A stretch of 64,000 nt of DNA from Candidatus Moraniibacteriota bacterium (GTDB lineage: Bacteria > Patescibacteriota > Minisyncoccia > Moranbacterales > UBA11712): assembly GCA_028695025.1 (NCBI GenBank), contig JAQVJV010000003.1:637-64636 (forward strand), given 5' to 3'. The first letter of the stretch is position 1. Each line of letters begins with the position of its first letter. Made by a program: the position numbers and the translations under genes. This document shows positions 1 to 8,120 of this stretch, piece after piece. The notes beneath the pieces are model-generated. The model was given only the letters and a program-made list of their open reading frames with translations. It had not been told where the DNA came from and did no database searches.

Positions 1-458
1 TCTTTTTTGTCATTCATTTTTTCTCCCACAACCTTCTCCGCCGCCGCCACGACCAATCCCCCGATTTCAGATTTTATGTCGGAAATGGTTTTCTGTTTTT
101 CCTGTTCGATTTCCGCTTTGGCCGATTCGACAATTTTCTCCGCGTGGATCTTCGCATCTTCCGCAAGATCCGTCTTCATTTTTTCCGACTGGATCCGAGC
201 CGCCTCCAGGATTTCTCGCGCTTCCGTCCGGGCCTTCGCCAAAATTTCTTTTTCCCTTTTCTCGCTTTCCTCAAGTTTCTTTTTTGCTTCTTCCGCGTCG
301 GCAAGCCCCTTTTCGATTTTTTTCTGGCGCTTTTCAAGCATCGCCACAATCGGCCCGTAGGCAAATTTATACAGTACGAAAAGAAGTACCAAAAAGTTGA
401 TAATCTGCGCGATTAATAGCTTCCAATCAACGCCTAATTTGGTTAATAGCTCGGACAT
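1..458 (-). CDS. atpF: F0F1 ATP synthase subunit b (partial; 3' end runs off the window start)
   Basis: Minus-strand translation from the ATG at 458 gives MSELLTKLGVDWKLLIAQIINFLVLLFVLYKFAYGPIVAMLEKRQKKIEKGLADAEEAKKKLEES..., a single N-terminal TM helix followed by a long charged coiled coil, typical of subunit b. It lies directly downstream of atpE in the a-c-b order. It is absent from the ORF track only because no stop codon falls inside the window. Confidence 0.8.
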   Translation of the reverse strand, partial: MSELLTKLGVDWKLLIAQIINFLVLLFVLYKFAYGPIVAMLEKRQKKIEKGLADAEEAKKKLEESEKREKEILAKARTEAREILEAARIQSEKMKTDLAEDAKIHAEKIVESAKAEIEQEKQKTISDIKSEIGGLVVAAAEKVVGEKMNDKK

Positions 459-571
459 AGTTAAAACAAATTTTACACTAATTACAAACAGATTGGCACA
501 GATTACACAAATTTCTTAATCTGTGTAATCTGCGTGCGATCTGTCAAAAATCCGCGTTCGATTTGTGCGAT

Positions 572-901
<330 letters not shown>

Positions 902-939
902 TTAGAGTCGGAGAAGTAATAGAAACGAGAATTAAAATT

Positions 940-1036
940 TTGAATTATGAATTTGAAATTCGAAATGAATGAGAAAATATCTAAATTTTAAATTTTTTCA
1001 CTTAAAATTAACTTTAAATTTCAAATTGAAAATTTA
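940..1036. repeat. AT-rich intergenic element containing the ATGAATTTGAAATT / TTTCAAATTGAAAATTT motifs; member of a dispersed family (see also 38557..38663)
   Basis: Seen directly in the sequence: it shares several 9-14-mers, in the same order, with the spacer at 38557..38663. It fills the atpE-atpB intergenic gap. Confidence 0.4.
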
Positions 1037-1831
1037 CTAATGCGCTTCCGTTGTCGCCATCTTGAAAAATACCAATGTCAGCATGGAAAATACAAGAGCC
1101 TGCACAAATCCAACGAACAGTTCCAAAAACAAAAACGGGAGCGGAATGAAATACGGGGCGAGAAACAGCATCACCATAAGAAGCACTTCTCCCGCAAAAA
1201 TATTTCCAAACAACCGAAAAGAAAAAGAAATAACCTTCGCCACTTCGGAAACGATTTCCAAAAGCCCTACAAAAGTTCCAACTACATATGGCTTGTGAAA
1301 AGGACTTACAAAAAACTTTTTGGCGTATTTCGTTGCTCCAATCGCCGCAATTCCAAGGATTTGAGCTGAAAACACACTCACAATTGCAATCGCAAGAGTG
1401 AGATTGAGATCGGCGGAACCGCTGCGGATGAAGGGAACCAGCTCCATTTCTTCGCCATGCACCTCATGAAGGCCGATTGTTCCCAATCCCGGAACAAGCT
1501 CAACCCAGTTGGTGAGGATCACAAAAATGAAAATAGTCGCCACAATCGGGAAAAATTTCTTGCTTTGCTTTCTGTCTTGAGTAACAGAATCGATCAAATC
1601 CAAAAGGGCTTCCAGCACCAATTCTACGGTATTTTGAAAGCCCTTGGGAACAAGTCGGATTCGCGATTTCAGGATATATGATGCGACAATGATCAGCAAA
1701 CTGATACACAAAGTCACCAGTACCGTGTTGGTCACTGGAAATCCGAAAATATGAAAAATTGGTTCTGCGGCGATAGAAATATTCATCGGAAATTTTAATA
1801 CTCTTCCAATAAAAAAACCTGCCTGTCTCAA
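1037..1831 (-). CDS. atpB: F0F1 ATP synthase subunit a
   Basis: Polytopic membrane protein (…LFGNIFAGEVLLMVMLFLAPYFIPLPFLFLELFVGFVQALVFSMLTLVFF…) carrying the conserved subunit-a Arg and Glu/Gln helix motif, positioned upstream of atpE. The true start may instead be the internal Met (MNISIAAEP…) at about 1786. Confidence 0.85.
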   Translation of the reverse strand: MRQAGFFIGRVLKFPMNISIAAEPIFHIFGFPVTNTVLVTLCISLLIIVASYILKSRIRLVPKGFQNTVELVLEALLDLIDSVTQDRKQSKKFFPIVATIFIFVILTNWVELVPGLGTIGLHEVHGEEMELVPFIRSGSADLNLTLAIAIVSVFSAQILGIAAIGATKYAKKFFVSPFHKPYVVGTFVGLLEIVSEVAKVISFSFRLFGNIFAGEVLLMVMLFLAPYFIPLPFLFLELFVGFVQALVFSMLTLVFFKMATTEAH

Positions 1832-1859
1832 AGCGATCCTTTACTTGGCTATTATATCT

Positions 1860-2078
1860 CTATTTCCCGATTATGTCCAGTGTTTTTTTCCAAATGAGCC
1901 AGGAGCTCAAAAGGGTTGAAAGCAAGATGCCACCGAGCAAAAACCAAGGGCTGGTTTCCAGTTTTTTGTCGGCGTATCTTCCTGACAACGCAAAAACCAC
2001 AATCGGAACAGCAATTGTATAGCCCATCTCCCAAGCCAAACTCAAAGCGCTAAATGGTCTGTCTGATTTTTTGGACAC
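1860..2078 (-). CDS. AtpZ/AtpI-like small membrane protein of the ATP synthase operon
   Basis: The 72-aa two-helix protein (LSLAWEMGYTIAVPIVVFALSGRYADKKLETSPWFLLGGILLSTLLSSWLIW) matches the ATPase_gene1/AtpZ pattern (G..D..lgT.PwF.l.G.llG). It sits immediately upstream of atpB. Confidence 0.55.
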   Translation of the reverse strand: MSKKSDRPFSALSLAWEMGYTIAVPIVVFALSGRYADKKLETSPWFLLGGILLSTLLSSWLIWKKTLDIIGK

Positions 2079-2149
2079 AGAGTTTTGTTTAAGTCAAAAA
2101 CTTTAGTCTTTTCATTTCTATTTCCCCCAATTGCTCATGAGGTATCGGG

Positions 2150-2193
2150 ATCTCGAAGGCTCAACCTTCCGGTTTCCGAAGGTTGAGCCTTCG
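2150..2193 (-). terminator. Probable intrinsic terminator: perfect 16-bp inverted repeat directly after the stop of the 680-aa gene
   Basis: TCGAAGGCTCAACCTTC-cggtttcc-GAAGGTTGAGCCTTCGA is seen in the sequence. It lacks a clean U-tract, so termination efficiency is uncertain. Confidence 0.4.
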
Positions 2194-2194
2194 A

Positions 2195-4237
2195 CTATTT
2201 GCCGAAGTTGCTCATCAATATTCCCAAGTCGCGAACCGTGCATTGCCCGTCGGAGTTGATGTCGCTCCGGGAATTGGTGAGAGCTGCGGCAAGTTTCAGA
2301 AAATCTGATTTAAGAATGTCAAGGTCTGTTGAATTAATTTTGTAATCTTGATTGAGATCTCCCGCGGAAAATGTACCTGCGGAACAATCCACAGCGCAAC
2401 TTGCTTCTGTTTCTCCACGACTGCTATCGCAAACATCATTCCCACAAAACATTGATTGCATAAGAGTTCGGTATTGAACCATGTCACTTGTCGGAAACTT
2501 TGCTTGGTCGGAAGATGGAATGAAATCATTATACCTATCCCAATCATATATCCAAACATATTCGTAATTATCGAAAAGTCTTTTGATTAGCGGCCTGAAA
2601 TCCTCCAGCGTGTAAACTTCAATTGGATAAACATAATCGCTTGAAGTATAGCCCGTAGAAAGGGCAAGAGAATGCGTTGCTCCCAGCTCGTAATTTGGAT
2701 ACTGCGAGAGATACGAGGCCACCGCCTTATCGCGTTCAGCCAATTGATAATCAAGGGAAAACAGCGAGGGATGGTAATAATGCACTTGTTCTCCACCATC
2801 AATGATTGTAAATGTATAGCCCTTTTCACTGGCTCGCTGAAGCATGCCTTTTATAATATTAGCATAGGAGAGATTTGTGTTATCCAGTTTTGAAAAAGCA
2901 AAAAGAATTTTCGCGTTTGGTAAAATATCGTTGGTTATATCGGCCATCCGCGACCCAATATTTGACAATTTGGAAATTACTTCATCCTTAGAAATACCCT
3001 TTTTACTGCCGATATAACCGACTGAATAAGCACAATCCTGGCCATAAGTTTCAGGATCAACCGAAATTCCGGAGGCACCTGTGCTCTTGCTTAAATTGAG
3101 TCCAAGCGAATACATCTTCAAAAAATCTTCCAACGCCTGATCTCCCGCATCAAGAGCGTAGTAAGAATTGCCGGCAATATACTTGTCAAACTCTGATATT
3201 GGATTGGTTGGCTGAGTATATTTACATCCGCAACTGAAAGTTGTGTCATAGCTTTCGTCACAATATCCCGCCAGCCGCGACATCCAGATCTTGGGCCATA
3301 TTTCTTTCGTTTGTCTATTTATAGCATCAATATTTGCCTGAAAACTTGAAATGTCTGCCGTGCGAAAAGTATCCCCGGAGAAAAGAGGCATTGTTACAAC
3401 ATCAAAAGGCGAGTTATCCAATTTATCCAACTCGCTGTATGTCATACCTTGATAGTGTGCATTTCCCGTCCAGAAAATAAGATTTTTAAGCTTCTGCTTG
3501 AATGACTCTTTTCCCGCATCAATTCTTATTTCATCGTCAGAAAGTTGTCGATTGTACATCTTGAGACCGGATAATCTGCCTTTGAAAAATTTCCCGGTTG
3601 TGTCGGTCGGGGAAAGCCCACCAAGAACAAGGCGGCCGCTATCGGTGAGAAAAGTGCTACCTCTTGGGATATACCCCGTACACACAATATTTCCATCGAC
3701 ATACAGCCGTATATATCTGGTGGGACTCAGCGTCATGGCAATCCGCGACCATTGTGAGGTGGGCAATGCGTAATCGCATGTAGTACCGCCCTTGTAGGTA
3801 GTTCCGTCTTCAGTATACGACACAGTAAAAACCAATTTCTTTTGATCATTTCTCCAATGAAGAGAGAGTCCGCTTTTAGAGATCAAATAATCAAAGACCG
3901 ATCCCGGTTGCGCTGAATTATCTTCGACGTATGCCCAAGTTGAGATAGCAAATGATCGCGAAGAAGAAAGATCAAGGCTGGATGAATCCGGAATTTCTAC
4001 GTAATCATTGCTCCCATCAAAAGACAAAGAGCTGCCGCCAGATGGACCACTTTCCCAAATTGACCCTTGAATCGTCCCGTCATTTCCATTCCCGCTCACA
4101 TCATGAAGAACCACCCCCGATCCCTCATGAAAATCCCAGTGGGCAACGAGGCCATCTTCTGCATGAGCGGCGGATATTTTCATGCCGAAAAAAAGTATGG
4201 CTACGACAATGATGGTTTTAGTTTTTTTACTGTTCAT
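2195..4237 (-). CDS. Secreted LamG-like (concanavalin A-like lectin, Laminin_G_3) protein with an uncharacterised central domain and a C-terminal type-I-like dockerin
   Basis: Signal peptide MNSKKTKTIIVVAILFFGMKISAAHA. The LamG_3 signature LVAHWDFHEGSG…DVSGNGNDGT is present. The C-terminus DLNQDYKINSTDLDILKSDFLK…DINSDGQCTVRDLGILMSNFGK is two dockerin Ca-binding repeats of the D.N.D…D pattern. Confidence 0.8.
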   Translation of the reverse strand: MNSKKTKTIIVVAILFFGMKISAAHAEDGLVAHWDFHEGSGVVLHDVSGNGNDGTIQGSIWESGPSGGSSLSFDGSNDYVEIPDSSSLDLSSSRSFAISTWAYVEDNSAQPGSVFDYLISKSGLSLHWRNDQKKLVFTVSYTEDGTTYKGGTTCDYALPTSQWSRIAMTLSPTRYIRLYVDGNIVCTGYIPRGSTFLTDSGRLVLGGLSPTDTTGKFFKGRLSGLKMYNRQLSDDEIRIDAGKESFKQKLKNLIFWTGNAHYQGMTYSELDKLDNSPFDVVTMPLFSGDTFRTADISSFQANIDAINRQTKEIWPKIWMSRLAGYCDESYDTTFSCGCKYTQPTNPISEFDKYIAGNSYYALDAGDQALEDFLKMYSLGLNLSKSTGASGISVDPETYGQDCAYSVGYIGSKKGISKDEVISKLSNIGSRMADITNDILPNAKILFAFSKLDNTNLSYANIIKGMLQRASEKGYTFTIIDGGEQVHYYHPSLFSLDYQLAERDKAVASYLSQYPNYELGATHSLALSTGYTSSDYVYPIEVYTLEDFRPLIKRLFDNYEYVWIYDWDRYNDFIPSSDQAKFPTSDMVQYRTLMQSMFCGNDVCDSSRGETEASCAVDCSAGTFSAGDLNQDYKINSTDLDILKSDFLKLAAALTNSRSDINSDGQCTVRDLGILMSNFGK

Positions 4238-4276
4238 TTTGTTTTTTATGCCATGTATTTTACATTTTATATGATT

Positions 4277-7200
4277 TTATTTCCCCCACCCACTCATGAG
4301 AATACCAAGGTCTTTCACTGTGCATTGGCCATCCTGGTTGATGTCGGAACGGGGGTTTCCTAGGTTCGCTGTTAGTTTCAGGAAATCGGATTTCAGGATA
4401 TCGAAGTCAGCTTGGTTGACTTGGGTGTCTTGGTTTATGTCAGCCGCTGTGTAGCCTTCCTTGGTAAGATATATCTGGTCAATGGCAGGATCAGGTGTCC
4501 AGTTGCCTTTTTCATCCTTGAACCATACATAGACCAGCTGGTTGCCTTTGGTGTTGTCGAGGGTCCAGTCTTTGGTATGGGAATAGGGATAAGTTTGGGC
4601 GTTTTGGAAATTATTAACGTTGGAGATTTTCATTTCGGTGACATCATGGGCATCGGTGGTTTCCATGGTGAGAGTGACTTGATTGTTATCAGTAAAATTG
4701 TAACCTTCGTTGATTCTTGCGATTCCAGCGGGAGGATCAGAGTCTTTTTGGGATAGGAAGTAGTAAGTAGTGGCACGAGATTGATCTTGCCAAGCGCCGG
4801 AGCTGTTTTTTCCAATTATTGATATTGTATGGGAATCATTGGAAAGGTTTGAAAGATTGATTTTGCTTGCTATAGGGGTTTCATTGCTCCAGGATCCTTC
4901 ATCCAGCTTGTATTTGTAGCTGGTGACATTGGTGCCTTGTGGAGTGAGGGCGAGGGAGCTATCTTCTATTACATCTTGAGGATAGTCGGAGATATATGCG
5001 ATTGGGTTCACTGTACTTTGAGCCTCCCAGGTGGCTGGGTTGGTTCCATAACCCGGATCGGTGCATTTCCATTCATGGGTTTGGCCGGAAATTGGGGTTT
5101 TTAATCTATATATGTCGTTTATGAGGCAATTAGTGGTTGAGGTAGGAGGATTGGCGCCGAGGATGAGACGGTTGCCTTGGTATGTGTTGCCCTCGACACC
5201 AGCTGTTGACCCCGTGCCGGTAGCAATCTTGTTGGCTGATTCATCCAGCTGTGTTTTTTGGTTGGAATAGGTGTTTTCGTTGGGAACAGTGATATTTTCC
5301 TTGAGGCCGGTAGTGGTGTTGCGTATGGTGGCGGGAACGGTGGTGTTTTTGTTTAGCAGAATTGTTCCATAGGCATCCTTGTAGATATTCCCCTGTTGAT
5401 TGACACGGCAAAAGGCTTTTTCGTAGTTCCAGTCAGATTCAGCAAGTCTGGTTTGATAGAGATTAATGAGAGATGTTTTTAGGTTGCTGGCTATTGTCGA
5501 GGAATTTACAAGATTAATGAGATCTTCCTGGAAAAATATTTCGTCCGAAGTCGGATTGGAAAAAAACTGTTCCCAGGAGTTATCCGCACCAAAGATGTTG
5601 GTGACATCGGCTTTCGGAACCCAAACAGCAATATCATAATTAACTGTTCCTCCATTGCAACGAAATACAGAGCCGTTTTTAAGGTTGAAATTGTTTAGAT
5701 TCCAGGTTATACCGCTGAAGGAGGTACTGGTACTGAAGAAATTATCAATCTTACCTTGTGCGTAACCGCCATTAATTGTCACACTATTATTGGCCTCTAG
5801 GTCGTTTGTGGATGTATTGATGCCATAGACCAGATCACTGTCATCAATCGTATCATCTGTCTTGAAGCGGCAATTGTTGAAAATAGCGCTTTTATTTTCC
5901 AGATTTTTAAAACATTTTCCGCCGATCCATTGACAATAGGGCGCATAATATATATTAAAAGTTCGATCTGCCTCGGTTGCTTCGTTTTGCTCTGAATAAA
6001 GAAACTCGGTATTATCAGCTGTGAAATCTTCGGTTGCTAAAATATTCGTATGGCTCGACTTTCCGACAATAATTTTCGAGTCTGTGAGAGATATTTTTCC
6101 TTGCCCAGAAAAAGAAAAGGGATAATTGCTAAATACTTTTTTAATATTAACAGTATTACCTTTTTCCGCACTGTAAGTGATATAACCGCCTTTCAAAAGA
6201 TTCATGTCCTCAAATGATATTTGTGAAGGTGCAATTTCCGGATGATCGCTTAGAGGTTCAGAGTGGACTCCTGTTTTATCTCTGTCTCCAATAGTTGTGA
6301 AATTCCTTACTTTGAGACGGTAGTTTCGCCATTTGTCCGAACCAAATTGAATAGCTCCTCGCCAGAGATTATGGCCGATTACATTATAGACTGTAACATC
6401 TGTATTAATGTAAGAACTTATACCGTCTGCAGTGTTATCTTTCAGGTAGCAGTCTTCGATATATACCCTTAACCTGCCTTGGGAGGTCGATTTTGCCGAA
6501 ATTGAAATCGAGGCATTGTGTTCAAGCTCATAACTTGTATACGGTCCTTGTTCCTGACTATTTCCATCGATAGTAAGGCCTCTTATAATTAAGGGTTTTG
6601 AATCTACGGTATTATTATAGCCATAATAACCATAAGTTCCGTTAAATGGCGTCACCATTGAAGATACCCAATTGCCCGACATCGGCGGAACCTTGAGCGT
6701 TGCTCCATAGCCTTCATAAGTCACGTTATCCCGAATACGGACGCTCTTAGCAATATACGTTCCCTCCGGAAACACTACTACTGCTCCTTTTCCCGTAGAT
6801 CCCCCTCCAGCCGTGTAGGCCGCATCGCAAGCTGCTTGAATGGCAGCAGTATCATCGGTTATTCCATCTCCTTTAGCATTGTAAGGAGAGTCTTTTACGC
6901 TTATGAGGGCGGCCCGATCATCATCAAGAATGGTATAGCTATGATTTGTATTGATTCCTAAATGAGCATTTTGGGGATTGGAGAGGGTAAGATTGAAGGT
7001 TTCATCAGTTTCATTGATGGTATCGTTAATGATGGTGATGTTTATGGTCTTTTCTGTTTCTCCGGGGTTGAAAGTGAGGGTGTTTTTTGCAAATTCATAG
7101 TCTTTTCCAGTTCCCTCGGAAAGGTAATACGCTGTTCCTCCAGAGGTTTGATAGTCCACTTTTGCTATTTGGGATGATGAAGCAGAAAGTTTAACTTTTA

Positions 7201-7360
7201 TACTTGCCGTTGTTTGGGTTTCGGAGTTGGAAGAAGAGGCATTTTCGAAAAATACCGCAGGGGTGGATTGGGAGTGAACAAAATTACGGTGAATTATAAA
7301 TACCGCCAAGATAGTTACTCCGAGGACAATGTATCTTATTTTGATTTTTTTGTAATACAT
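4277..7360 (-). CDS. Secreted/anchored protein: N-terminal Calx-beta domain, pectate-lyase-superfamily right-handed beta-helix, beta-sandwich region, C-terminal dockerin
   Basis: N-terminal signal anchor. Calx-beta-like segment KVDYQTSGGTAYYLSEGTGKDYEFAKNTLTFNPGETEKTINITIINDTINETDETFNLTLS. Pectate_lyase_3 hallmark NAKGDGITDDTAAIQAACDAA. C-terminal DINQDTQVNQADFDILKSDFLK…DINQDGQCTVKDLGILMSGWGK is dockerin and is nearly identical to the C-terminus of the neighbouring 680-aa protein. Confidence 0.8.
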   Translation of the reverse strand: MYYKKIKIRYIVLGVTILAVFIIHRNFVHSQSTPAVFFENASSSNSETQTTASIKVKLSASSSQIAKVDYQTSGGTAYYLSEGTGKDYEFAKNTLTFNPGETEKTINITIINDTINETDETFNLTLSNPQNAHLGINTNHSYTILDDDRAALISVKDSPYNAKGDGITDDTAAIQAACDAAYTAGGGSTGKGAVVVFPEGTYIAKSVRIRDNVTYEGYGATLKVPPMSGNWVSSMVTPFNGTYGYYGYNNTVDSKPLIIRGLTIDGNSQEQGPYTSYELEHNASISISAKSTSQGRLRVYIEDCYLKDNTADGISSYINTDVTVYNVIGHNLWRGAIQFGSDKWRNYRLKVRNFTTIGDRDKTGVHSEPLSDHPEIAPSQISFEDMNLLKGGYITYSAEKGNTVNIKKVFSNYPFSFSGQGKISLTDSKIIVGKSSHTNILATEDFTADNTEFLYSEQNEATEADRTFNIYYAPYCQWIGGKCFKNLENKSAIFNNCRFKTDDTIDDSDLVYGINTSTNDLEANNSVTINGGYAQGKIDNFFSTSTSFSGITWNLNNFNLKNGSVFRCNGGTVNYDIAVWVPKADVTNIFGADNSWEQFFSNPTSDEIFFQEDLINLVNSSTIASNLKTSLINLYQTRLAESDWNYEKAFCRVNQQGNIYKDAYGTILLNKNTTVPATIRNTTTGLKENITVPNENTYSNQKTQLDESANKIATGTGSTAGVEGNTYQGNRLILGANPPTSTTNCLINDIYRLKTPISGQTHEWKCTDPGYGTNPATWEAQSTVNPIAYISDYPQDVIEDSSLALTPQGTNVTSYKYKLDEGSWSNETPIASKINLSNLSNDSHTISIIGKNSSGAWQDQSRATTYYFLSQKDSDPPAGIARINEGYNFTDNNQVTLTMETTDAHDVTEMKISNVNNFQNAQTYPYSHTKDWTLDNTKGNQLVYVWFKDEKGNWTPDPAIDQIYLTKEGYTAADINQDTQVNQADFDILKSDFLKLTANLGNPRSDINQDGQCTVKDLGILMSGWGK

Positions 7361-7592
7361 TCCAATATTTATATTATTTTAACAAAATTAATTTAAAATT
7401 CAAGTGCGTGGACTAAAATCGGGATACAATTAGAACTTATTCCAAAAATCGCTTTCGTGGCGAAAATCTTGAAAAATCTGCAGTGAGTATAGAATTTTTG
7501 AGATAATCCTCAACTTAGAACAATCGATTTACGGGCATTGAACATCCTGTATCGTTTCTCACCAAATACCGGCAATCGGAGTTTTCCGATGG

Positions 7593-7967
7593 ATGCCCAA
7601 CTCTGGCAACGAAGCCAAGAAAATGGAGGCGGAGGTGGAAAAATATACAGGCATCATCAGAAAAGTTTTCATGGACAGTAAAGCGGACGATCAAGGTATG
7701 TATTTCAATATGAAGAAGAATTACCGGATTCAATTGGTGACGAAACCCAGAAAAAACATGAACAAATCCGAATCCAGAAAACGGATGATAGGGGAAATAC
7801 TGACAATCAGAAATATTAATGATTACAAAGAATGTTCTGTTACAATTGAGCCAATGCAGGGACTGACTAAAAATATATTCGAACTGGATAATTGTTGGAT
7901 GAGAGGCAATAGCAGTAATCGCTGGGTATTCGCCGCCATGGGAATTGCAATGCAGATGTCGCAATGA
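7593..7967 (+). CDS. Hypothetical small protein (only plus-strand candidate in a minus-strand block)
   Basis: A 124-aa ORF with protein-like composition. The overlapping minus-strand ORF (7515..7988) is His/Cys/Phe-rich and looks non-coding. No RBS and no recognisable domain, so this call is weak. Confidence 0.3.
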   Translation: MPNSGNEAKKMEAEVEKYTGIIRKVFMDSKADDQGMYFNMKKNYRIQLVTKPRKNMNKSESRKRMIGEILTIRNINDYKECSVTIEPMQGLTKNIFELDNCWMRGNSSNRWVFAAMGIAMQMSQ

Positions 7968-8120
7968 AAAGCTTACCGGAATAATCAATCAACATTTAAT
8001 GTTAAATCGGATGTGTTAGAGATTTAGAGACTCCCCGACCCGTCAGCTAAATAAACGTAAAAATATATTTGCTTATCGAAAAATCGCCCTGCAAGAATCT
8101 GGGGAGTAGGCCCATCTTGA

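Noticed and set aside
2195-7360. Cellulosome-like system implied by the dockerins
   Set aside because: No cohesin or scaffoldin module is detectable in this window. The dockerins are therefore reported as a lead, not as a cellulosome.
7515-7988. 157-aa minus-strand ORF between the two large surface-protein genes
   Set aside because: It has a His/Cys/Phe-rich, low-complexity composition typical of a non-coding frame. The overlapping plus-strand ORF is slightly more protein-like but is itself only a weak call.
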